NCBI GenBank assembly: GCA_965247095.1
Contig: OZ251997.1
Location: 2,080,001 to 2,144,000, forward strand
DNA: 64,000 bases
Direction of reading: 5' to 3'
Source of the DNA: Candidatus Multivorans sp.
Lineage (GTDB): Bacteria > Acidobacteriota > Thermoanaerobaculia > Multivoradales > Multivoraceae
Part shown: in pieces, positions 56,563-64,000 of the stretch
Numbering within the stretch: the stretch's first letter is position 1
Layout: each line of letters opens with the position of its first letter
Made by a program: the position numbers and the translations under genes
Notes under the pieces: generated by a model
What the model saw: the letters and a program-made list of their open reading frames with translations, nothing else
Told to the model about the DNA's origin: nothing
The model's database searches: none

Positions 56563-58446
56563 TCAGAAGTCGATCGAGATGCCGGCGTTCAGGTAAACCG
56601 GACTCCGGCCCAGTGCAAGCTCAGGCGCCTCGGCGCCGTCGACGCCACTGATCGTAGCCGCACCGGCCTCCATGGTCGAATCCAGCCACATCGCGCCGAG
56701 GTAGAACCCGACCGGGCAATCCTGCTTGAACGGAATCTTGAGCCCCAGGTTCGCGCCCACAACCGTTTCGCCTCGCCATTCCGGCTGATAGGTCGCGTCG
56801 AGCGGCATCCCCTTCATCTCCACCGCGCTGAGCGACGGCGAGCTGTAGTCGAAACGGCCGACCATCGGTCCGACCCAGAAATCGATCCGACTGCCGGGCC
56901 GTGTCAGGTGGAAGTTCAGACCGGCGTACAAGAGGTTCGTCTCCACGTCGACGTCGTCGTGACCCCAGAGGTCGCGCACGTCGTACTCCCAGAACGTCTC
57001 GCAGCGACCGAAGTTGGCGCCGAACATCAGGCCGAGCCGGTAGTTCAGCTTGTACTCGGCGCCCACACCGAAGCCGACGCCGGCCTGACAGGCCTTGATC
57101 TTCTGGCGGGCCGAGCCGCCGAGCACGTCGAACTGGGTGTCCTCGCCGCTGATGTTGTTCACCGCCGTGAACAGGGTCCAGCGCTTGTCCACCTTGATCG
57201 AGGCGGAGCTCTCCGTGCTGCCGCCAGCGTTCTCGACCTTGGCGGTATGCGTGAAGACGCCGTCGTCCTTGTGGACGACCTCTCTCGTGTAGGGAGCTTC
57301 GAGCGGTTCGCCGTCCAGAGTGACCGTCACCGGGGCGCCGTTGCCGTTGTTCGGCGCCACCGTGACGACGGCAGGCTGACCGACCAGCACGCGGTCCGGC
57401 GCAATCGAGGTCGTGCTCGTCGGCGCCACCTTCATCCCGGCCGAGCACTGGGCGCTCTGGCCGGTGTTCGTTTCGACCGTCACCATGTGCGTGAACGCAT
57501 CCGCGCCCTCGTGCGTCATCTCCTTCGTGTACGGGGAGGCGAGCGGCTGACCGTCGAGGAGAACCCGAGCCACCTCGGCGCCGTGACCGGCCTTCGGCGC
57601 CACGGTCAACACGGACGATTGCCCCAGTTCGACCGCGGCCGGCGAGGCGGCGACGCTGCAGCTCGGGCAGCCGACTGCGATCGCTCTGCTCACGGAGTCC
57701 TCGAGCGGGTCGCCGCGCGACGACATCGCGGTGCATGTCGCGGTGACCGTGTAGTCGCCCTCGGTCGTGAACGGGAAGGACCCGCCACCGGCGCCCGCTG
57801 CCCTTTCGCTGCCGTCCGGCAGCTTGACGGTCACCGAAGCGTTGCCGTCGCTGCACGAACTCTGGAAGTCGAAGGTCTTGTCCGTGCAGGAGAGGCCTCC
57901 GATGTCGAGGTCGAGTGTGACCTTGGGCAACGGCTGCTCCGCCAGGAGCGCCAGGTTGCCGCACGATTTGGGCACGATCATCGAGTACCAGCGCCCGTTC
58001 GAGTTGAAGCGGATCTCCCAGGCCGCGAAGGCCTCGTTGCCAGCCCAGCAGACATTCGTACCGACGCTCGGCGTTTGGCCACCATCGCGGAAGAACATCC
58101 AGGGGAGTCGCTGACCGGGCTCGAACGCGGTCGAGGAGACTCCCTCCCAAGCGGCAACGGCGGCGAACAGGTCGTCCGGATCACCCGACCAGTTCGCCTC
58201 GCCAAGTAGCGAAACGATCTCATCGCGGTGGTTCACGAACATCGCCTGCAGCGACTCCTGGTCCTCTACCGGCGGCGTGAACCGGTTGGCGCCGCCGAAT
58301 CGGTTAACCGAGAGCGCACCCTCGCACTGCTGAGCAGCGGCGGGCGTGGCGGCCAGAATCAGGCCTCCCAGCACGAACAGGATCGGGATCAGCCGCAGCG
58401 AAGTTGGGGCGGCGATGCTACTAGCGAGCGAACGGAACCGGGACAT
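56563..58446 (-). CDS. Secreted protein with unknown N-terminal domain, Ig-like repeats and C-terminal outer-membrane beta-barrel
   Basis: Signal peptide; two similar ~75-aa repeats (LDGQPLASPYT..FTH / LDGEPLEAPYT..FTH); about 200-aa amphipathic strand region ending GISIDF; RBS AGGAGAGG. Confidence 0.75.
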   Translation of the reverse strand: MSRFRSLASSIAAPTSLRLIPILFVLGGLILAATPAAAQQCEGALSVNRFGGANRFTPPVEDQESLQAMFVNHRDEIVSLLGEANWSGDPDDLFAAVAAWEGVSSTAFEPGQRLPWMFFRDGGQTPSVGTNVCWAGNEAFAAWEIRFNSNGRWYSMIVPKSCGNLALLAEQPLPKVTLDLDIGGLSCTDKTFDFQSSCSDGNASVTVKLPDGSERAAGAGGGSFPFTTEGDYTVTATCTAMSSRGDPLEDSVSRAIAVGCPSCSVAASPAAVELGQSSVLTVAPKAGHGAEVARVLLDGQPLASPYTKEMTHEGADAFTHMVTVETNTGQSAQCSAGMKVAPTSTTSIAPDRVLVGQPAVVTVAPNNGNGAPVTVTLDGEPLEAPYTREVVHKDDGVFTHTAKVENAGGSTESSASIKVDKRWTLFTAVNNISGEDTQFDVLGGSARQKIKACQAGVGFGVGAEYKLNYRLGLMFGANFGRCETFWEYDVRDLWGHDDVDVETNLLYAGLNFHLTRPGSRIDFWVGPMVGRFDYSSPSLSAVEMKGMPLDATYQPEWRGETVVGANLGLKIPFKQDCPVGFYLGAMWLDSTMEAGAATISGVDGAEAPELALGRSPVYLNAGISIDF

Positions 58447-58518
58447 GTCTTCCTCTCCTTGGGTTTCCCAGCCGCGGTCCGCATGAGCGAGCGGGCCGGA
58501 GCGGCGTATGTCTAATCA

Positions 58519-58542
58519 TGTCAACGCTTAGCAGCGTTGACA
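58519..58542. promoter_or_regulatory. Perfect 10-bp operator-like palindrome between divergent genes
   Basis: TGTCAACGCT-TAGC-AGCGTTGACA in an AT-richer intergenic patch. Confidence 0.6.
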
Positions 58543-58672
58543 AATGCCGGCGACCGGCCGTGGCGCATCCTTGAACGGCGCCAGCAAGTGCGGCGCTATG
58601 ATACCCGACCGATCCGCCATCCCCGACACCAAAACGCAAGCCGCGTTTGCGGTGCGCGAAGGCGAGGAACGA

Positions 58673-60100
58673 GTGCACGAGAACCTCGAAAGCCGGCCCC
58701 TCGGGAGCAGTGAACGACCGCTCCGCGTCGCCGTGATCGGCTCCGGTCCGAGCGGCTTCTACGCGATCGCCGCGCTGTTCAAGGCGGACGGCGTGGAGGC
58801 GGACGTAGACCTGTTCGACCGCCTGCCTACCCCGTTCGGTCTGGTGCGCGGCGGCGTCGCTCCCGATCATCAGAAGATCAAGAACGTGATCCGGGTCTAC
58901 AACCGCACAGCGCAGCATGAGCGTTTCCGCTTCTTCGGCAACGTGGAGCTCGGCCCCGATATTTCGGTTGACGATCTTCGCCGGCACTACGACCACATCG
59001 TCTACGCCACCGGCAACGAATCGGACCGCAAGATGGGGATTCCGGGTGAAGACCTTCCGGGCGTCCACTCGGCGACCGAGTTCGTCGGCTGGTACAACGG
59101 ACATCCCAACTTCCAGGACCGTAGCTTCGATCTCGCCGCGGCCCGCCGCATCGCAGTGGTCGGCAACGGCAACGTGGCAATGGACGTCACCCGCGTGCTG
59201 GCGCGGAGCACTGACGAACTCGCTCCGACAGATATCACCGCCGAGTCGCTCGCCGTGCTTCGTCAAAGTGCGGTCGAAGAGGTCGTGCTGCTCGGCCGCC
59301 GGGGCCCCGCGCAGGCAGCGTTCTCGCCCCAGGAGATCAAGGAGATCGGTTCGCTCGAGGGCGTCAGTCTGCTGGTGTCGGAAGAGGAGATGAACCTCGA
59401 CGAGATCAGCCGCACCTGGTTGGAAGAGGCGGCAGCGCGCAGCGCCCAACGGAATGTCGCCTATCTCACCGAGGTCGCCGGCGCGGAAGCCGGCGACCGT
59501 GAACGCAGGGTCAGTTGCCGCTTCCTGGTCTCTCCCATTGAGTTGATCGGAGACAGCGAGGGCCACGTGCGTCAGGTCGTCATCGAGAAGAACGAGCTCT
59601 ACGCCGCGGACGACGGCACGCCACGTCCCCGCGGCACCGGCGAAACCGAAACCCTGGATGTCGACCTGGTGTTCAAGGCAGTCGGCTACCGCGGCGTCCC
59701 CCTGCCCGGCGTCCCCTTCCACGAACGCTGGGGCATCCTGCCGAACGACGAGGGCCGGCTGCAGACCAAGCAGGACGGCGAGGTCGTTCCGGGCCAGTAC
59801 GTCGTCGGCTGGGCCAAGCGCGGCCCGACCGGGCTGATCGGCACGAACAGCCCCGATTCGACCGCCACGGTCAAGAAGATGATCGAGGACATCCACGGCG
59901 TGACCGCCTCGGCCGACCCCGCCAAGGCGACCGGGAAGATCGTCGAGTTACTCCAAGAACGCGGCGTCGACTTCGTCACCTTCGACGACTGGAACCGCCT
60001 CGACGAGGACGAGGTCCGTCTGGGCGAGGCTCAGAACAAGGTGCGCGAGAAATACACCAACGTGGAGTCGATGATGGCGGCTATAGGTCGCCTCCGGTGA
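58673..60100 (+). CDS. NADPH-ferredoxin reductase (FprA/adrenodoxin-reductase type)
   Basis: IGSGPSGFY, LPTPFGLVRGGVAPDH, GNGNVAMD, GRRGP, GWAKRGPTGLIGTN; GTG 58673 with RBS GAGG. Confidence 0.92.
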   Translation: MHENLESRPLGSSERPLRVAVIGSGPSGFYAIAALFKADGVEADVDLFDRLPTPFGLVRGGVAPDHQKIKNVIRVYNRTAQHERFRFFGNVELGPDISVDDLRRHYDHIVYATGNESDRKMGIPGEDLPGVHSATEFVGWYNGHPNFQDRSFDLAAARRIAVVGNGNVAMDVTRVLARSTDELAPTDITAESLAVLRQSAVEEVVLLGRRGPAQAAFSPQEIKEIGSLEGVSLLVSEEEMNLDEISRTWLEEAAARSAQRNVAYLTEVAGAEAGDRERRVSCRFLVSPIELIGDSEGHVRQVVIEKNELYAADDGTPRPRGTGETETLDVDLVFKAVGYRGVPLPGVPFHERWGILPNDEGRLQTKQDGEVVPGQYVVGWAKRGPTGLIGTNSPDSTATVKKMIEDIHGVTASADPAKATGKIVELLQERGVDFVTFDDWNRLDEDEVRLGEAQNKVREKYTNVESMMAAIGRLR

Positions 60101-60161
60101 TCCCTGGAGGCAGTCTTTGTCGAGTCGATGGAGGCGACCTTAGGTCGCCTCCGGTGACCCC
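60065..60161. repeat. Direct duplication of the reductase 3' end; the second copy forms a hairpin (possible bidirectional terminator)
   Basis: GAGTCGATG-N10-TAGGTCGCCTCCGGTGA at 60065 and 60122; copy 2 contains GGAGGCGACCT-T-AGGTCGCCTCC (60130-60152). Confidence 0.75.
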
Positions 60162-61787
60162 TCAGCCCATGTGGAGATACCGGTAGTCCGTCGGCGGCAC
60201 GAAGGTCTCCTTGACGGCGCGCTGGGAGGTCCAGCGCATCAGGTTGGCCATGGAGCCGGCCTTGTCGTTGGTGCCCGAGGCGCGGGCGCCGCCGAAGGGC
60301 TGCTGACCGACCACGGCGCCGGTCGGCTTGTCGTTGATGTAGAAGTTGCCGGCGGCGTGCCGCAGCGCGGCGCCGATGCTGCCGACCGCCGCGCGGTCGC
60401 GGGCGAACACGGCGCCGGTGAGCGCGTACGGGCTCGTCGTGTCGCAGAGTTCCAGTGCGTCCTCGAGCGCGCCGTCCTCGTAGACGTAGACCGTCAGGAC
60501 CGGGCCGAAGATCTCCTCGCTCATCAGACGCGACCGCGGGTCCTCGCTGCGGACGACCGTCGGCTCCACGAAGTAGCCGACCGAGTCGTCCCGGCCGCCG
60601 CCGGAGACCACCTCGTAGGACGCGCCGTCGGCCGCCTCGGCGAGGTAGCCCGAGATGTTGTTGAACGAAGAGCGGTCGATGACCGCGGCCATGAAGTTCG
60701 AGAAGTCGACCGGCGAGCCCATCTTCACCGTCGCCAGTTCGTCGCACAGCCGCTCACGCACCTCACCCCAGAGCGACGCCGGAACGTAGGCCCGCGACGC
60801 CGCGGAACACTTCTGCCCCTGGTACTCGAAAGAGCCGCGAATCAGCGCCGTGCTCAGAGCCGCCGCATCGGCCGAGGGATGAGCGAAGACGAAGTCCTTG
60901 CCGCCCGTCTCGCCGACGATCCGAGGGTACGTTGCGTAGTGCTCGATCCGGTCGCCGATCGTCCCCCACATGCGCTGGAAGACCGGCGTCGAACCCGTGA
61001 AGTGGATGCCCGCCAGATGCCGGCTGGCCAGCACCGGATCGCCCACCGTGGCGCCCGGACCCGGCACGAAGTTGATCACTCCCGGCGGCAGACCGGCCTC
61101 CTCGAGCAGCTTGACCACGTAGTAGCCGGACAGCAGGGCCGTGGACGCGGGCTTCCACAGCACGGTGTTGCCCATGATCGCCGCCGAGGTCGGCAGGTTG
61201 CCCGCGATCGCCGTGAAGTTGAACGGCGTCACCGCGAACACGAAGCCCTCGAGCGCCCGGTACTCGACGTAGTTCCAGATCCCAGGCGACGACACCGGCT
61301 GCTGGCCGTAGAGCTCCTCCGCAAAAGCAACGTTGAAGCGCAGAAAGTCGACGAGTTCACAGGCGGCGTCGATCTCGGCCTGGTAGCACGTCTTCGATTG
61401 GTTCAGCATGGTGGCGGCATTCAACGTTTGCCGCCAGGGGCCGGCGAGGAGATCGGCGGCCCGAAGGAAGACGGCAGCCCGCTGCTCGAACGGCATCTCC
61501 GACCACTCCGGCCAGGCCTTCTGGGAGGCCGCAACGGCCGCCTCGACTTCGGCGGCGCCGGCCTGGTGACCTGTGGCCAGGACATGACCATGATCGTGAG
61601 GACAAACGACATCCTGCGTACGGCCGGTGTGCACTTCGCGGCCACCGATCAGGACCGGGATCTCGACCTGCTCGCCGAGCATCCGGTCCAACCGCGCCTC
61701 GAGAGCTGCGCGCTCGGCCGATCCGGGCGCATAGTCGAGCACGGGTTCGTTACGGGGTGCGGGTACTTTCAACGTGCCGTTCGGCAT
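60162..61787 (-). CDS. pruA: L-glutamate gamma-semialdehyde (P5C) dehydrogenase
   Basis: NEPVLDYAPGS, QAEIDAACE, PFNFTAIAGNL, GETGGKDF, FEYQGQKCSA, EEIFGP, YINDKPTGAVVGQQPFGG. Confidence 0.95.
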   Translation of the reverse strand: MPNGTLKVPAPRNEPVLDYAPGSAERAALEARLDRMLGEQVEIPVLIGGREVHTGRTQDVVCPHDHGHVLATGHQAGAAEVEAAVAASQKAWPEWSEMPFEQRAAVFLRAADLLAGPWRQTLNAATMLNQSKTCYQAEIDAACELVDFLRFNVAFAEELYGQQPVSSPGIWNYVEYRALEGFVFAVTPFNFTAIAGNLPTSAAIMGNTVLWKPASTALLSGYYVVKLLEEAGLPPGVINFVPGPGATVGDPVLASRHLAGIHFTGSTPVFQRMWGTIGDRIEHYATYPRIVGETGGKDFVFAHPSADAAALSTALIRGSFEYQGQKCSAASRAYVPASLWGEVRERLCDELATVKMGSPVDFSNFMAAVIDRSSFNNISGYLAEAADGASYEVVSGGGRDDSVGYFVEPTVVRSEDPRSRLMSEEIFGPVLTVYVYEDGALEDALELCDTTSPYALTGAVFARDRAAVGSIGAALRHAAGNFYINDKPTGAVVGQQPFGGARASGTNDKAGSMANLMRWTSQRAVKETFVPPTDYRYLHMG

Positions 61788-61878
61788 TTCGTGGTCTCCT
61801 GGAGAGTTTGCCGGCTGCTCTGTCGCAGCGGACGCGCACCTTAGCCGCGTAGCGGGCCGCGGCCGCGTCTGCGTCCGG

Positions 61879-62265
61879 TCAGAACCCTGCTGACGTCGTC
61901 GAACTTCCCACCATTCGCCATGCGAAGACGAGAATGCCCACGATCAGCACCGTGCCGCCGACCGGCGTGATGGCGCCAAACCATCGGGGACCGCCGAGCG
62001 CGATCACCGCCACCGTACCCGAGAAGATCAGAGAACCGGCGAACAGCAACCAGCCGGCGAGACGCAGATCAACGGTCGACCCACGCCCGGCAAGGCCCAG
62101 AAGGCACACCACCACTCCGCCGTACATGAAGTAGCGGGCGGCTGTCTCCCATTGCGCCAGGTGCTCGGCGTCGAGAGCGGCGCGCAGGCCGTGGGCGCCG
62201 AAAGCCCCGGCGCCGACCGAGGCCGCGCACATCAACAACCCGACAACCAACCAGTTCATTGTCAT
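61879..62265 (-). CDS. DUF423 (YgdD/TMEM256) membrane protein
   Basis: GAFGAHGL, WETAARY, IFSGT, GAITPVGG. Confidence 0.9.
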   Translation of the reverse strand: MTMNWLVVGLLMCAASVGAGAFGAHGLRAALDAEHLAQWETAARYFMYGGVVVCLLGLAGRGSTVDLRLAGWLLFAGSLIFSGTVAVIALGGPRWFGAITPVGGTVLIVGILVFAWRMVGSSTTSAGF

Positions 62266-62309
62266 CCGTGGGCTCAGTTCATCGTTTCCCGTGGGCTATC
62301 GTAGCAACC

Positions 62310-63425
62310 GTGGCAACGCCTCTGACCGCGCCTGAGCGCCAACTGGCCGAAGTCCTGCCGCTCTACGCGGACAGTCCATGGCTCCAATTGCTGGCGATCG
62401 CACTTCTCGGCGCGCTCATCGCCTGGCTGGTCTCGCTGTTCCTCAAGCAGGTGGTCGCCAAACTGTTCGCACGCACCGCCACCGAGACGGACGACCATCT
62501 CCTCGCGGCGGCCTACTGGCCGATCTGGGTATCGATTTTCCTCATCGGTCTGAGCATCGGCGTGGCGCGGCTGCAGCTCAGCGAACTAGTGCAGGAGAAG
62601 ATCGGCAATTCGCTGCAGACCGTGGCGCTCCTGTTCTGGATCGTCGGCGGGCTTCGCGCCTCGGTGGTTCTGCTCCGGGCACTAGCCCGCCGGCGGCGGC
62701 GCGGCGGCCTGGTCTCCAAACACACCGAACCCCTGTTCGAGAACCTGGCGAAGGTGGCGATCGTCCTCCTGGGCGTCTACCTCGCGATCACCGTCTGGGG
62801 CGCCGACGTCTCGGGGCTGCTGGCGGCCGGCGGCATCGCAGGACTCACGATCGGCTTCGCGGCCCGCGACACCCTGGCGAACCTCTTCGCGGGCATCTTC
62901 ATCTTCGCGGACGGCCCCTACAAGATCGGCGACTTCATCACGCTGGACTCGGGCGAACGCGGCATGGTCACCGAGATCGGCATCCGCAGCACCCGCCTGC
63001 TCACGCGCGACGACATCGAGATCACGATCCCCAACGCGGTGATGGGGAACGCGAAGATCAACAACGAGAGTGGCGGCCCGCAGGTCAAGTACCGGATCCG
63101 GGTCCGGGTCGGTGTCGCCTACGGCAGCGATGTGGACCACGTCGAAGCGGTCCAGCTCCAGGTGGCCACCGACAACGACAAGGTGTGCGAACAACCCGAA
63201 CCTAGGGTACGGTTCCGCACCTTCGGTCCCTCCTCCATCGACTACGAGCTGCTGTGCTGGGTCGAGGAGCCGGTGCTTCGCGGCATCGCCACCCACGAGT
63301 TGGTCAAGGCGACACACAAGGCGTTCCGCGCCGCCGGGATCGAGATTCCCTTCAGCCAGCACGACATCCACATCAAGCAGCGGCCGGAGCCGATAAACCG
63401 CCCTGGCGACTCGCCCGCCGACTGA
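62310..63425 (+). CDS. MscS family mechanosensitive channel
   Basis: Multiple TMs; GLTIGFAARDTLANLFAG, PYKIGD, EIGIRST, IPNA, GVAYGSD, GIEIPF; GTG 62310 chosen as start (track start 62259). Confidence 0.92.
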   Translation: MATPLTAPERQLAEVLPLYADSPWLQLLAIALLGALIAWLVSLFLKQVVAKLFARTATETDDHLLAAAYWPIWVSIFLIGLSIGVARLQLSELVQEKIGNSLQTVALLFWIVGGLRASVVLLRALARRRRRGGLVSKHTEPLFENLAKVAIVLLGVYLAITVWGADVSGLLAAGGIAGLTIGFAARDTLANLFAGIFIFADGPYKIGDFITLDSGERGMVTEIGIRSTRLLTRDDIEITIPNAVMGNAKINNESGGPQVKYRIRVRVGVAYGSDVDHVEAVQLQVATDNDKVCEQPEPRVRFRTFGPSSIDYELLCWVEEPVLRGIATHELVKATHKAFRAAGIEIPFSQHDIHIKQRPEPINRPGDSPAD

Positions 63426-63586
63426 CCACCTGAGGAGGCCGTCACCTGGTCGGAAGCTGGAACCTGACTGAGGTGGTCCCAGCTCACCGAACGGCCGTTC
63501 TCTTCATCTTCCCTTAAACCGGGCAAGGGTATACTCCGACCCTTCACTGTGCGGGCCGCACAGTCAACCAGAGTCGACCTGTCCAG

Positions 63587-63619
63587 AAAAGGCGACCGCC
63601 CCACGCGGGTGGTCGTTTT
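63587..63619 (+). terminator. Intrinsic-terminator-like hairpin in the leader of the cadherin-like gene
   Basis: AAAAGGCGACCGCCC-CACGC-GGGTGGTCG-TTTT. Confidence 0.55.
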
Positions 63620-63705
63620 GCCCACCGCATTGCGCCCAGAGGACCTGCCACCCGCCTCGTCCAGACCATCGACCGGAACCTTCCCGCACCAGAAGAAGCA
63701 ACGCA

Positions 63706-64000
63706 ATGAACGGCCGGCGCCGCATTCCCCGACTCCCTTCCGCCGGCCGGAAGTCGGGAGGTGGAACGCCGATTCTCCTGATCGCGGCAATCGCCTGCCT
63801 TGCGCTTCCCGTTGGGGCGCGGGCGGACCTGACCGTGACTGGATCAGCGGCGCCGAGTTTCGCGGAGAACGGCACGGCGGCGGTGGGGACCTATTCGGTC
63901 ACGGGAGGTACGGGCGTTACCTGGAGCCTTTCCGGAACCGACATCGACGACTTGAGCATCGACTCGAGCACCGGGGAGCTGACGTTCGATAGCCCCCCCG
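63706..64000 (+). CDS. Secreted cadherin-like domain protein, 5' end only
   Basis: Manual translation: MNGRRR...ILLIAAIACLALPVGARA (signal), then DLTVTGSAAPSFAENGTAAVGTYSVTGGTGVTWSLSGTDIDDLSIDSSTGELTFDSPP, a cadherin-like pattern; runs off the window. Confidence 0.75.
   Translation, partial: MNGRRRIPRLPSAGRKSGGGTPILLIAAIACLALPVGARADLTVTGSAAPSFAENGTAAVGTYSVTGGTGVTWSLSGTDIDDLSIDSSTGELTFDSPP

Overview
High-GC bacterial chromosomal window with about 48 protein-coding genes. No rRNA, tRNA, CRISPR array or transposase could be seen. The gene repertoire suggests an Acidobacteriota (Thermoanaerobaculia-like), possibly host- or sponge-associated organism; this is inference only, based on a PVC-type heme/cupredoxin protein, a C-terminal LCLNGGRF domain, and Calx-beta/cadherin surface proteins. 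Contents in order: a partial DUF885 lipoprotein; an SGNH-like / PVC-type Cu+heme-c / PQQ-dehydrogenase operon; a duplicated TonB-receptor(CQSC)+TlpA unit flanking a TPR gene, with one copy frameshifted; a GldAFG-like ABC system with DUF4340; peptidases; putP with an unannotated 48-aa partner ORF; apaH; a Calx-beta autotransporter-like gene interrupted by two in-frame TAG codons in identical TAG-GGG-T context; a GbsR-led menaquinone operon that lacks menC/menI and ends in an ATP-grasp-like gene; amidase, M23, tatD, an Fpg/Nei gene, two PH-domain genes and rocD; a barrel-anchored surface protein; an FprA-like reductase, pruA, DUF423, MscS, and the start of a cadherin-like protein. Non-coding signals include a 71-bp double-hairpin element present twice, several putative leaderless promoters, operator-like palindromes and a terminator-containing leader. 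All product calls come from motif recognition by eye; no database searches were run.
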